Positions 42,361 through 58,586 of a DNA stretch of 64,000 nt are shown here, piece by piece. The stretch is from Vicugna vicugna. Lineage: Eukaryota. Each line of letters opens with the position of its first letter. Position 1 is the first letter of the stretch. Where the stretch lies: the NCBI GenBank assembly GCA_013265495.1, contig MU058039.1, forward strand, positions 250,591-314,590, written 5' to 3'. The position numbers and the translations under genes are program-made. Under the pieces are notes generated by a model that had not been told where the DNA came from, ran no database searches, and saw nothing but the letters and a program-made list of their open reading frames with translations.

Positions 42361-42939
42361 TTTTAGAACAACAGGTTTGGGTGGCGGAAGCATTTTAAGT
42401 CATCTTTGCTAGGAGACTCACTGCCTTTGAATGCATGGGGCAGTTGTCTCAGTTTTTGCTCAGAAGGCTACTCTCAATCACTGTAAGTGGCTTCACTTAA
42501 GGGTAGAATCAGTTTGGTATTTAGAATGCCACAAGTTTCAAAACTATGAATTTAACATCATCCTGGATTGAGTGCCTGCAGGCAGAGATACTATTTCTTA
42601 ACAAAGCAGTATCACTTTCAATCTCTGCTAGCAGCCTCTGTAGGTTAACGCTACAGCAAATTCATCTCTTTCACAGAACATTACTGAAAGCAGCAAGAAA
42701 CATCCAACACACACATTCTGAATCACTCCTATCACTTCCCAGCATTACAGCGTTAATTTGTACAAGGTTTGCCTTTAAGACGGTAGGGAGTTTGACCAAA
42801 TGTCCTGTCTATAAAAACAAGAATCTTCAGTTTTATAGCCTGAAGTGAACAAATCCTCATTCTCCATCACTCTAAGTCAATGCCAGATTTGAAATTTCTT
42901 TTACCCATAACACTCTACTTTCAGGTACAGAGTTTTATA

Positions 42940-43360
42940 TCCTTAATAATATTTAGCGTCAATAACAAAATGACAACAGCATCAACAAATAAGTTTAATT
43001 TTATATAAAGAAATACAGGAGGTGGGCAGACCAGAGTTGGTATGACTGTTCCATAAAATCAGCATAAGTATAGACTTATTCTGTATTTCCGCTCCATCAC
43101 CCTTAATACTCAGATATCATTCTCAAAGTCCCCATAAAATTGCCAGAGTTGCAGATTAAATGTCCACAATGTAGGCAGGGAAACAAAAAAGTGCAGAGAG
43201 GAAAAAAAGGATTTCTTAAATGATCAGTACATAAAAATACCAACCACTTTCATCTTGCTGACCTGTAAGGGATGCTCAGAGAGTTCTTCAGCCAAAAATT
43301 CTGTTACTGAAGAAGGGAAAATGGATATTGGGTAGGAAAATAGCAGTCTCCGACACAGCT
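42940..43360. mobile_element. MaLR MLT1-like remnant
   Basis: ctgttactgaagaagggaaaatggatattgggtaggaaaatagcagtctccgacaca end motif. Confidence 0.55.
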
Positions 43361-44245
43361 TCTCATCATTTTTCATTGCAAAATAGTCTATGTCAGTTTT
43401 TATTTTTTAGTTTAATTCAAAAGTTTAATTCATTAAAGTTTAAAAAAATTTCCTACTAGAAAGACTTATTTTGGCTATTCTTTTTTTCATTTCTAAGTAA
43501 TATTCTTGAATTGCAGAGATGGTAGAAAATAGGAGTTTTTGTTCTTTGTTACAGTTCACTTCATACCTCATCAGTAATCCATTGCTTAACTCTACAGCAT
43601 TTTTTTTTTAACACTATGAACTTCTTCTTACAGTATATGGGATGAGATGTGAATGAAAGTTTTCTCATACTCATGACAGCATACGGTGCACCCCACTCAA
43701 ATAATTAGGGTTAAGTGTTAATGAAAGACTCAGTATTCATTATACTAATAAATGTCCTTCTCTCATGCAAATTCTCTAAAATAACATGAATAATCATGAT
43801 AGCTATATTTGTGATATGCTATGTTGAAGGCACTGTTCTAAGAATTTTACATGTAACAACTTATATAATACTTCCAAGAATCTTATAAGGAAGGTATTAT
43901 GCTTAGGTCTACCCGACAATTAATTAACCTGAAGTAGAGGTTAACTATCACGATAAATGTCACAATTGAAAGGAACTAGAAGAGTCGAGATAATGTTGAA
44001 AAAGAGAAGTGCTATGACTAAACGTATTTCTACATTTACATTAACACAATTACTCGGTATTATAATTTGCTATAGTTTAATAGGTCTTTCTACTTGGATT
44101 TCATTATCATTATCTTCCCCCATACAAATTCACTGATGCTGAACTTTACGAAGTAAATGTGTTTCCATATTACACATTTTAAGAATTCTGATGAAAATGG
44201 ATTAATGACCAGAGAAGGCTGTATTATTCAAAATAATTAGATCAT

Positions 44246-46210
<1,965 letters not shown>

Positions 46211-46635
46211 TCATTTCAAAAGAACTTCTACAGTAGGAAAAACTACATATGAAAAAATATATATGGAAATAATACCCACAGGAAATAATTGCCTTACATC
46301 AGTGTTTTTGGAACATTGTGTGCTATGATGTGGAGAAATACCTACGTACCTTTCACATCACAAACACAGTTTCATAAAATAATACCTATTCTGTTTTCCA
46401 GTCTGTTTTACACTATTCTAGTTGTCTTTCTTTCTCCCCCTTCTCTCACACACACCGAGTCAAATCCACTAAACTCTTTTCATACTGCAGTAATGTATTG
46501 CTATCCAGAGTTTGAAAAAATATTAGCTTAGAGTGATTTCATGTATTTATATGCAAAAAGAACACATGAAAGATCGGAGAATAATGAAAGCTCTACTGAG
46601 AAAACAAGGGAAGAGATGAGGAAAACTTTTTAAGT

Positions 46636-46800
46636 CACTGGTTCTCAAACTTTGGTGGGGATCAAAACTACCTGGGGACCCAGATAAAGCTGAAGATGCC
46701 CAATACTACACTAGACTAACTGAATCTGAATCTAGTGATTCAGAAATCTCTAGTTTTAATACTTTCCACCAACTGATTCTGATTCAGATTTAGATCATGA
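46636..46800. mobile_element. MER5-like hAT DNA transposon remnant
   Basis: cactggttctcaaacttt...gactaactgaatctgaatct...gttttaat...tgattctgat. Confidence 0.55.
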
Positions 46801-49304
46801 TTTGCTATCTCTGTCCAAAACTTTTAAACAGCTTCCAAATTAAACTTCTAGAATAAAATCCAAATGCTTTCCATGACTTTGAGAAAGCCCTCCATGGTCC
46901 CTACTTACGTATCTGATTTCCCCATGAGCCTCCTCAGCTTTGCTCACTAGTTGCCAAACATATGAGATTCCTTTTAGCTCTAACAATCACAAAGCCAATT
47001 TCAATTTAAAACTATCTAGATTCTGTTTCATGTCTCTGAACTGCTCTGAATGAGACACTCCATATAAACCAACTCTCATCGTAAGGTCTCAATTTAAATA
47101 CCAGTTCCTGAATTTTAAACATCCACTTCTGGTAACAGAAGACTAGGTAACTTAAATCAACCTTTCTGATGATGAGAGCAATTACACAAACTGGACAAAA
47201 TGTAAAAGGCACCTAACTGAAGGCAGTGGAGAATTCATATTGGAATAAAGAATTAGTGAGCTAAAAGTTGAAAAATATGAAAACTCAGAGAAATAAGTCG
47301 AAACATTTCAGGTTACTTTTCCATTTGGGGAGGTCTCACAATTCTAGAAAACACAACTAACATGTGGAGAAACTAAAAAGTGTTTTGGACCATTTCATAG
47401 GGCTTAGGTGGCAATAACTGGAGAACAGGATGCACCATAAATTCTCCATTCTTTGGGTTGGGAGCCCTGAGGGCTGCAATGAGAAATAAGGGAGAAACAG
47501 TACACTAGTCTGGCAGGATCTGAACCCTGAATTACCTTAAACCCAGAAATCTGGATTAAGGCAACTCAACATTGCCTGCCATAAGTAAACCTAGATCTTC
47601 ACTGAAGATTTGTAACATCACTCAAGGCTTCAAATTACTTTTCTAATTTTTCTTTACAGTGTCTAACACTCAATAAAAAATTAACCAGGTGAATGAAGAT
47701 TCAAGAGAACAACCTGAAAAACAGGAGAAAAAAGACAAAAGAAACAGACCAACAAGGAGTCTAGTCAGGTATCCACCACCCCAGTAATGATAAAAAACAG
47801 TTCTATCATTCCTAAAAACTCTTGTGTTGGCCCTTTGCAGTAGACCTCTCTTCACCCTAGAGGTAGATGCTTGGAATCCATTGATCTGTGGGTTCCCCAC
47901 CACCTCCTTACAGATGGAAATAAAAAATAAAAGTGAAAAAAGTGATCATATATACCTCTCCAATTGCCAGGCCTCTTGCACACCGCTTCGTAGGTACTAA
48001 CCGTGGCCATCTTCTTTAGTTCTCCCTATCCTTTCCAACTATGGTATCAAGTTGCTTTTGTTTACTTGTTTTTACTTCACAGTTTCTGTTTTGTTTCTTT
48101 ATGCCCTCTCATGTCTTTTCTTATTTACTCTTCTATCCAAGGCCAATTCTATTGGTTCATCCCAGAAGAATATCTTTTATCATTTCTCAGGAACTGATAC
48201 AGGTCAAAGACATAATGAAAGGCTTCTGTAATCTTACATAATGTTGGGGACATTGGAGAGAAAAAAAAGCAATTATTCAATATAAGGGAAAGAGTCTGGA
48301 GTGATAAAATTCCGGGTATTCTATTTTAAAAAAAAATAGGTTTTATGGAACTAAAGATCAAGAAAAAAAACACAAAGAATTCTCATACACTACATAATGG
48401 AATGAAAACAGCACAACAATGATGAAAAAGAGTTTGGTTGTTTCTTATAAAGGTAAACATACACTTAGCATATGATCCAGCAGTCATAATTGTAGCTATT
48501 TACACTTATATGCAGACAAATACCTGTACACCAAAAATTATAGCAGCTTTATTCATAATTGCCAAACAAATTAGAAACCCACAAAAGGTGGGTCCCTCAA
48601 AAGGTGAATGAATCAACAAATTTTGGTATTCCCTTACAATGGAACAATACTCACAAATAAATAGAAACAAACTACTGATTTATGCAATGATATATATAAA
48701 TCTGCCATATATTTTACTAAGTATAAAAAGCCAGACCCCAAAGGCTACAAATTTTGATTCCATTTGTATAATATTACAGAAAAGGCAAAACTGTAAGAAC
48801 TGAAAACTGGTCTTCATAGGCTGGAGAGGTGGAAGGAGTTGACAACAAAGGGTCAGCATGAGGGAATTTGAGGGTGTAACAGAACTTGTACATTATGACT
48901 GTAACAGTGGATATACTTGATATATAATGGTATATCAGATTTCCTGAAGAACACCAAAATGTTGGATAAAACATGACAACCCATCTTCTAAAAGTATGCC
49001 AAGCTTAAAAGAAAGTAAAGAAGTTCCACAGGGACCACAATGAAGTAAGAACCAGAAACTAGAGAGGTAAACATGCTTTGTAGCCACAGCTACCCTCAGG
49101 ACATTTGCTGTCCTCAACTGCCTGCAACTGAATCTTAATGCTCCAAAAAAAAAAAAAAAATCCAAAAGACAAGGCCTTGGACCAACAGTAGGTCAGGAAT
49201 TAGAAATAAACTTCTTCATAAAATTAGGGCCATCCAAAGCCTACAGTTCAGAGGGAGGAAAAGAATCCTCTGAATTCAAAGGAAAATGACAAGGTAATCT
49301 TAGT

Positions 49305-50680
49305 CTTAGCAATTTTAAGAAATCTGACCTTTACTCTGAGATGAGGAGCCATTGGAAGGTTGTGAGAAGCAGTATAACACAATCTGACTTTGTTAAAAAT
49401 GATCATTCTAGTTGTTTTGCTTAAATCTTAAAAATAACAAGAGATAGTGGGAAAATACAAAAGCTAGCTGAACAGAAGGTAGGAGGTTATAGCAATAATC
49501 CACATGGCTCTGACCAGATGAGTGTGGAGGAAGGGGTGGAGAAAGTGAGATGTCATTGGATTCAGGATATATTTTGAAGGTATAATGAAAAGGATCTGAT
49601 GATGGACTGGACATGAAATATGAATGTGAGCTGTCCAAGAAAACTCTAAGTGTTTTGCCTGAACATCCAGAACAATAAAAGTGCCATTTACTGATAACTT
49701 CTCATTGTAGTAGGAGCAAGTTTGGGAGAGAATATCAGGAATCTGGTTTTCAACTATTTGGTTCTGAACTTTATATGGTAAAGAAGATGTTAACTTTATA
49801 TGGGATTCTGGGGAGATATACGGTTAGATTTATAAATTTGGGAGTTATCAACACATAGATGACATTTAAAGCTATGGGGTTTGATGAAATCATCCAGGGA
49901 GTCTTTGGATACAGAAGAGATGGGAAAGAGAAGGGAAGAAAAGATAAGGGAAGTTTGAGGATTGAGCCCTGAAGCACTTCAAAACTTAGAGGTCAGGTAG
50001 ATGAGAAGGAACCAGCAAAAGAGACTAAGAAGGAGTAGCCAATGAGGAAGGAGAAAAACTAGGAGCGCGTGGAATCCCAGAAGCCAAGTGAAGAAAGTGT
50101 TTTAAGGATGAATAATCAATTGTGTCTCATGCTGAAAGAGAGGGAAATGGTGACTTCTCATTCAAGAAAGGCTTCAGCGATATGGAGGATACTAGTTACC
50201 TTCACAAGATAGTTCTGGTGGAATAGCAGGGCTACATTCTGATTGAAGCACATTTAAGACAGCATGGGAGAAGAGCTGGAGGTAGGGAGTGCTGAAAATT
50301 CTTTCAAAAAGTTTTGTTGTAAGAAGTAGCAGAAAAATGGAGCTGCAGCAAGAGAAAAACAGGCATCTAGAAATTTGTTTCTGTTTTGTTTTTCCTTTTA
50401 AGATGGGAGAAATTACATGTTTGTGTGCTGATGGAGATTATAACAGATATGGACCAGCTGATGTTGTAGGAGACTAAGACAGGAATCGCTCCAACAATTT
50501 CCCTAAATAGACGAGAAGGAATAGCATTTAGTACTCAAGTGGAGGTACTGGCCTTAGAAAAAGGCACAGAAAGTTCATCAATGATAACAGGAAAAGAGGC
50601 AGAATCAGTACAGATGCAGGGAGGTTGACTGATGAGGCTGAAGCTTGCAGAAGTTAAATGAGTTTCCTCAGCAGCTCAAG
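49305..50680 (-). mobile_element. LINE-2 fragment
   Basis: Purine-rich antisense L2 (gagccattggaaggtt; gattcaggatatattttgaagg; ggaatcccagaagccaagtgaagaaagtgtttt). Confidence 0.75.
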
Positions 50681-50827
50681 GCAATCATCTTAGAGTCAGG
50701 CAAGAGGAATCAGAACAGTCATGACCATTATATAACTAACAACTTAGCTCTGAAGTAAACAAACAGCAATTGATAACCATGCAAAGAGACTGATAAATCC
50801 ACAGTCATAGAAGAGGACTGTAACATT

Positions 50828-51272
50828 GTGATATAATAAGAAATAGATATTTGGTCTTTGTCCTTGATCTCTGGCACAGAGCTCCTAAAACTCTTGGAAT
50901 TTCCTGAGTGATAAGGGTAAAAGAAAAGGATAAGTCTTTAGTTATTCATAACATGTCTCTTTTAACCACACAGGAGTTTCTGTAAATGAAGTGACTTTTG
51001 GAAAGCCATCAAGGATGGGAACCAACCACCTGACTAGAGCATTGGAAACTTCAGCACCACCCCCTACCACTTCTGAAAAAGGGAGAGAGGCTGGGGCTGA
51101 ATTACTAATGGCCAATGAGTTAATCAATCATGCCTATGTAATGAAGCCTCCGTGAAAAACCATAACAGAAGGGGTTCAGAGAGCTTCTGGGTAGGTCAAT
51201 ATATTTAAGTGCTGAAAGGGTGGTGCACCTGGAGAAGGCATGGAAGTTCTGCAACTCCTCTCCATACCTTCC
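50828..51272 (+). mobile_element. MER21-like LTR, 3'-truncated
   Basis: tgtgatataataagaaat...tttggtctttgtcc...ctggcacagagctcctaaaactcttggaatttcctgagtgataag; ttaatcaatcatgcctatgtaatgaagcctcc. Confidence 0.7.
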
Positions 51273-51511
51273 TATAGTGTAAGCCTTACAGTTGGCTTTG
51301 TATTTCCTATTTTGTAATGCAAGCGTGTGACATAAGCTTTGATTGCCAAGGCACTGACTTAAAGGTGCATTCACTGCAACAATGGCTAGATCCAAAAAAC
51401 ACATTGCCAGCCACATGACTAGATAAAGAGCCAGGCTGAGCCAGGCTGCCGCCCTACACTGAGGCTACTTTGTTTTAGAGATCTTGATTGATTTCAAAAA
51501 CTGACCATTTG

Positions 51512-53203
51512 GGGTCATACTGCCCAAGGCAATCTACAGATTTAATGCAATCCCTATGAAATTACCCAGGACATAGTTCACAGAACTAGAACAAATCATA
51601 ATAAAATTTATATGGAATCACAAAAGACCTAGAATTGCCAAAGCATTACTGAAGAAAAAGGAAGAGGCTGGAGGAATAACTCGCCCAGGCTTCACACAAT
51701 ACTATAGAGCTACAGTACTCAAACAGCATGGTATTGGTACAAAAACAGACATATGGACCAATGGAACAGAATAGAGAGCCCAGAAATGAACCCACAAACT
51801 TCTGGTCAACTGATCTTTGACAAAGGAGGCAAGGATACACAATGGAATAAAGACAGTCTCTTCAGCAAATGGGTTGGGAAAACTGGACAGCAGCATGTAA
51901 ATCAATGAAGCTAGAACACTCCCTTACACCATACACTAAAATAAACTCAAAATGGATCAAAGACTTGAACATAAGACAAGATATAATAAACCTCCTAGAA
52001 GAAAAGATAGGCAAACCATTATCTCACATACATCTCAAACTGTTCTCCTAGGGCAGTCTACCCAAACAATAGAAATAAAAGCAAGAATAAACAAATGGGA
52101 CCTAATGAAACTTACAAGCTTCTGCACAGCAAAGGAAACCGTAAGTAAAACAAAACGACAACCTACGGAATGGGAGAAAATTTTTGCAAATGAAACTGAC
52201 AAAGGCTTGATCTCCAGAATATATAAGCAGCTCCTATGACTTAATAAGAAAAAAATAAACAACCCCATCCAAAAATGGGCAGAAGACCTAAACAAGCAAT
52301 TCTCCAAGGAAGAAATTCAAATGATCAATAGGCACAGGAAAAAAATGCTCATTATCATTAATAATCAGAGAAATGCAAATCAAAACTACAATGAGGTATC
52401 ACCTCACACCAGTCAGAATGGCCATCATTCAAAAGTCCACAAATGACAAATGCTGGAGAGGCTGTGGAGAAAAGGGAACCCTCCTTCACTGCTGGTGGGA
52501 ATGCAGTTTGGTGCAGCCACAGTGGAAAACAGTATGGAGATTCCTCAAAAGACTAGGAATAGACTTACCATATGACCCAGCCATCCCGCTCCTACTTCAA
52601 AAAGACACCTGCACCCCAATGTTCACAGCAGCACTATTTACAATAGCCAAGACATGGAAGCAGCCTGAATGTCCAGCAACAGATGACTGGATAAAGAAGA
52701 GGTGGTATATTTATACATTGGAATACTATTCAGCCATAAAAACTGACAGCATAACACCATTTGCAGCAACATGGGTGTCCCTGGGGAATGTCATTCTAAG
52801 TGAAGTAAGCCAGAAAGAGAAAGAAGAATACCATATGAGATCGCTCATATGTGGAATCTGAAAAAACAAACAAACAAACAAAACACAAAGAACATAAATA
52901 CAAAACAGAACAGACCCACAGAAATAGAATACAAACTTGTGGTTGCCAAGGGATGGGTGGTGGGAAGGGATAGACTGGGAGTTCAAAATTTGTAGATACT
53001 GACAGGCATATACAGAATAGATAAACAAGATTATATGGTATAGCACAGGGAAATATATACAAGATCTTGTGGTAGCTCACAGCGAAAAAAAGTGACAATG
53101 AATATATGTATGTTCATGTATAACTGAAAAATTGTGCTCTACACTGGAATTTGACACAACATTGTAAAATGACTGTAACTCAATAAAAAAATGTTAAAAA
53201 AAT
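51512..53203 (+). mobile_element. Young 5'-truncated L1
   Basis: ORF2 C-terminal ORFs ([19 protein letters not shown]...[18 protein letters not shown]), 3' UTR and caataaaaaaatgttaaaaaaa tail. Confidence 0.95.
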
Positions 53204-55631
53204 TTGGACAACTTGTTTTTTACTCCCAAAATATTTAAACTCTCCAGTAATCACAGATATATGTTATCCCATTTTAAAAAATGGTACAAATAGAAAAGGA
53301 AGCAATCATACATGATATGATATATGGAGAGCAAAATTATCTTCCTAGAAATCCAACATTAACCATTGAAAAACAGATATTTCTATAGGTTTTCAACATT
53401 TTGCTATACCTATGTATGTGTATATTATGAGTTTTGTCATAGAACAAAATAGTCCTATTTAAAATCAACAAAATTTATAACGTATTGAGAAAATTCCTTA
53501 ACAAGAAATAGTCAAGACTTTTAAAAAATGAAACTTTACAAAAGGACATAGAAAGAAAAGTGTCTATAGCACTTTCAAAGATAGAAGGATTTGATATTGC
53601 AAATACGTGAATGGTATATCAGATTTCCCCAAAACAGCATGAAATGCTAGATAATATGTGACAAACAAGTATGCCATGTTTAAAAGAAAGTAAATGAGAT
53701 CCAAAGGAGGCAAAATGAAGAGATAACTAGAAACTAGAGGCCAACGTGCTCTGAAGTCATAGCTACCCTCAGGACATTTGTTGACTTCAATTGCCTAAAA
53801 GTTTGTATCTTAATGGTATGAAAAGAACCCATAAGACAGAAAGCATTGGGTCCACTAAAGGTCAAGGACGAGTACTGAACCACTTCACAAAATCAGAACT
53901 GTCTAAGGCCTACAGTGCAGAAAAAGGAAAAAAAAATCCATCTGACCTCAAAGGAACATGACAAGGACAATTTCTGTCTTGCCCAAGACTCTCAATGGAA
54001 AGGAGAAAAAGTGTTGTGGATAAATCATCATTTTATAAGAGTTTCCATGCTTGCAAGAAACTGCAGAATTAGACTGGTTCCTCAGGAACTGGAATTGTTG
54101 AATGATACATGTAATACAAATGCTTGAAATACATGAAAATATAAAATATAAAGTCAAAACCATGAGGAAGAGAATACACAGAAGAAAAGTAAGATCTAGG
54201 GAAGAGGAAAAATACCAAAGTTCTAGAAATAAAACAATATAATCAATTATATTAAAATCTTAAGGAAAAAATCTTAAAACAGCCAGAAAGAAAGTACAGA
54301 TTACTTACAAAAGGAACAACAATGAGACAGATGGCAGACTTCTCAAGAGCAACAATAGAAGCCAGAAGCCAGTGGAATAATATCTTCAGGGTGCTGAGAA
54401 AAAAATAATTGTCAGTATAGAATTCGACACCCAGTTAAATCATCAGGCAAGAATTAATGTGAAACAAGGTTATTTTGTAACAATAACAACAACAAACCAG
54501 AGAGCATTTAGTAACAAAAGGCCACAGCTAATGAATTTTATGATAAATAAAATGATCCCCATAGGAAGGTGTGATGGAAGAGGAATAGTGTGCAAATAAA
54601 AGGATAATTATGTGAATAAATCCATAAGAAAACATTGTCACTATAAAACAAAAATAATGTCCATCTGGGGGGTTAAAAGAAAACAGAACTAAAATACTAG
54701 CCAACAATAACAGACAGGGAAGATAAATTAAACATAAAGCATTCTAAGATCCTGGGTCAGGGGAGACATTAACTATAGCCTTTCTTAAGTATGTATTTGA
54801 TAAGTGACAAAAACAACGATAATGATTAAATGACCAAAACAGGCAGAAATACTCCCAAAATATTTAAACTCACCAGGTATGTTATTCCATTTTTAAATCT
54901 ACAAATTAACAGATATTTTTAAGTGATGATATGTAGTGTTGGTAAAGTGTAGAAAAAGTCATACACTGCTGGTACACTCCTGATAAGAATTTTGTGAAAA
55001 TAAAATATGTATTTGACATAGAGATGTCAATATCAATATCAACGTATCAATATCACATCTCCCTACAGAATCTCAACTCACTACCACAACAGCCACCAAT
55101 TTGTTTCAAGGTAGACACAATCCTTTACACCTGTATTTTTCCAACTTGTTGGCCTTGAAACCCTAGGATTGAGAGTGGGACATAAAGTTTATTGCAAACC
55201 TCTGCAAAGCAGTATGCAAACTAAATATTGTATGTGGATTGAGTAACTATGTTTTATTATTAATTAAAACATTTAATATCTAGTAAAATATTTTAATTTC
55301 CATTAAAAATGTGTATTTTTCAAACATCATTACAATGAACAAAAACTACAAAACTGCATTTGCATTAAAAGGAGTGAAGTGCATGTGCTAAAAAATTGAA
55401 GAAAACCATTAAAAGCTATAAATAGTGTATGTCTTCTGAAACAAACAAGGGAGAGAATGGAGTTAAAAAAACAACACACACAAAACCATATCCATCTTCA
55501 TCAAGGAAAGAAATTTAAAAAGGAAGCACAGAAGAAGATCAAAAAGCATACAATAGGGGAGAAATAAATCCAAGCGTATCAGTAATAACAATTAAATTTA
55601 AAAAATAAATTTTCAGATAATTACCATATTG

Positions 55632-55812
55632 CAGTGGTTACCAAACATGTCTGAACATTCGAACAACCTAAGGAACTTCACAAAATAATGTTATTTGTGC
55701 CCCATGCCCAGAGATTGTGATTTAATTGGTCTGGGGTGTGACTTGGGATCTGAAATTTTTAAAAGGACCCCTGCTATTTTCCAAAGTGCATACAAGTTTG
55801 GAAATAATTTCT
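55632..55812. mobile_element. MER5-like hAT DNA transposon remnant
   Basis: cagtggttaccaaac...cccagagattgtgatttaattggtctggggtgtg...aagtttggaaa. Confidence 0.65.
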
Positions 55813-55937
55813 ATGGATCTCTCCAAAGTCGTTGTGCCAATTGATACTGCATCAGTAAGGTACAGAACACTTAAAAAACAGATCTAATCACATATAATCA
55901 TACTTACAGTTCATTCATTTAAAAAGTATGTACAATT

Positions 55938-56595
55938 TGATAGACTTACCATATGACCCAGTAATCCGCTCCTGGGCATATATCCAGAAGGAACCCTACT
56001 TCAAAAAGACACCTGCACCCCAATGTTCACAGCAGCACTATTTACAATAGCCAACACATGGAAGCAGCCTAAATGTCCAGCAACAGATGACTGGATAAAG
56101 AAGAGGTGGTATATTTATACAATGGAATACTACCAGCCATAAAAAATGACAACATAATGCCATTTGCAGCAACATGGATGTCCCTGGAGAATGTCATTCT
56201 AAGTGAAGTAAGCCAGAAAGAGAAAGAAAAATACCATATGAGATCGCTCATATGTGGAATCTTTAAAAAAAAAAAACAAACCAAAGAACATAAACACAAA
56301 ATAGAAACACTCATAGACATAGAATACAAACTTGTGGTTGCCAAGGGGAAGGGTGGTGGGAAGGGGCAGACTGGGAGTTCAAAATTTGTAGATACAGACA
56401 GGTATATGTAGAATAGATAAGATTATACTGTATAGCACAGGGAAATATATACAAGATCTTGTGATAGCTCACAGCGAAAAAAAAAAGTAACAATGAATAT
56501 ATGTATGTTCATATGTGCTCTGAAAAATTGTGCTTTACACTGGAATCTGACACAACGTTGTAAAATGACTATAACTCTATAAAAAAAGTTTAAGA
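55938..56595 (+). mobile_element. Young 5'-truncated L1 inside an older antisense L1 (~55880-57430)
   Basis: Closely similar to 52559-53200; 17-bp TSD aaaaagtatgtacaatt (55921-55937) / aaaaagtacatacaatt (56596-56612). Confidence 0.92.
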
Positions 56596-58506
56596 AAAAA
56601 GTACATACAATTCAACAGTATTTAGTATATTCATAGACTTGTCACCACAATCAGTCACCAGAATCTAATTTTATAATATTTTTATCATCTCAAAAAGAAA
56701 CCCCATACCTATCAGCAGTCATTTTCAATTTCCCCATTTTCACTTTCCAATCCACCCCTACTCCAGTGCTGGGTAACCACTAATCTATTTCCTGTATCTA
56801 CAGATTTATCTATTTGTGGACCTTTCATAAAAAGGGAATCATATACTATGTAATCTTTGTGTCCAGCTTCTTTCATTTAGCATGTTTTCCAGTTTCATCC
56901 ATATTGCAGGATGTATCAGAACTTCATTTTTTATTGCTGACTAATATTCCAATGTAAGGCTATATCAATTTTATTCAATTATTCATCAGTTGATAGACAT
57001 GTGAGTTATTTCCACTTTTTCGCTATTGTGAGTAATGAAGTATACAGCACTTCTGCCTCCAAGAGTTGTGAACACTTGGTACTGTCAAACTTCTTAATTT
57101 TTGCCAGTCTAGGGTGTGTGAAATAATTATTTCACTGTGGTTTTAATTTGCATTTCCTGATTGCTAATGAGGTTGAACATTTTTTGTTTATTGGCTATCT
57201 GAGTTTCCTCTTCCTTAAACTGCGTGTAAATGTCTTTTACATAATTTTTCAGAAAGTTTATCTTTTTTCTTATCTATCCATAGAAGCTTTTTATATTCTA
57301 GATTAATTTAATTATTGTCATTATGAATTGCAAATATCTTCACCGATTCATGGCTTCTCTTTTACTTTCTGTATAATGTCTTTTTATAAAAAGAATAATT
57401 TTCATGCAAATTTATCAATCTTTGAATGATTATTTTTAAAAAGAGCTAAACAGAACCTTTAGAAATGTTCAATTAAGTTCTCTCTCAAATCTATTCCTTT
57501 ATGAAAATATTTTATTGCTTGTCATTTTTGTGATTTGGTTTACTTCTTTAAATATTTCACCAATAGTTTATATTTACATCTAAAAATTCCAATATATGAA
57601 ATCTTTTGCCATATAATCTGTTGTTTTCTTAGATTGTCTTTCACTCACCTGTGACCTGTTTTCTTGTGGGTATGAAGATCTTTGTGAATTCACCTTCTGT
57701 TGATCTTAATTTGTGAGAATTCTAAAGCCCTCTTACTTTCCTCCAGAGAGAGTTTTCATTTGCTTCGGCCAGGAGTCAGAGGGCACCACCTTAGAGAATA
57801 AAATTTCAACTCCTTTTCTTCTATTCTTTAACTATCTTTATTTCTTAATACTCTATCATTCACTTTTCTTCAGATAAAATGTTTTTTGGTCCTCCTACAA
57901 AGTTAATGCCCATCCCTTTACACTTACAACTCTGTCTGCCCGGAATATTGTTCCTCCAGATATTGCCCTGACTCGTACTCTTACTTCACTCAAGTCTTTG
58001 TTCAAATATTACTTTCTTAGAGAGGTTTTTTTCCTCCCAAATCTACCTATCTAAAATAACCCACCCTTGCTCCCCATTTAATATTTCATTTGCCTTGTCT
58101 ACTTTACCTTTATTCATACTGTTTATTGCTACCTGTAATTGTTATATTTATTAAATAAACATATAGTATGTATATATGCACACACATACACACATATTTT
58201 TGTTTCCTTATTTATTTTGTATTTTCTCCCACAAGAATGTAAGTTTCAGCAGAATAGGAAACTTATCTAGACCATTACATCTCCAATGCCTACCACAATC
58301 CTTAGCACAGAATTGGGCCCTCAGTAAATAAATATATTTTGAATGAATGAATACACTTTAAAGAAGGGAGACAATGATGTAAGTCTAAATACAAAAAAAA
58401 AATCTGGAAAGGAACTGACAAGTTTACATAAAGGGGTTGTTATGGGGGAAAATGAAGCACTCCTTCCTCCTTTGAAAGTGGGAAGGATTATCATAAAAGA
58501 CCAAAA

Positions 58507-58586
58507 GGGAGACAAGGTAGAGACTACGTAGGATTCCTTTGGGAGAGGGAGACAAGGTAGAGACTAGGTAGGATTCCTTTGGGAGA
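58507..58586. repeat. 40-bp tandem duplication (2 copies)
   Basis: gggagacaaggtagagacta(c/g)gtaggattcctttgggaga twice, one mismatch. Confidence 0.95.

Noticed and set aside
47930..48270. Unassigned segment, possibly a retrocopy or micro-exon
   Set aside because: No TSD, recognisable protein similarity or supported splice context visible by eye.
58507..58586. CRISPR-like repeat
   Set aside because: Two adjacent copies with no spacers, in mammalian DNA.
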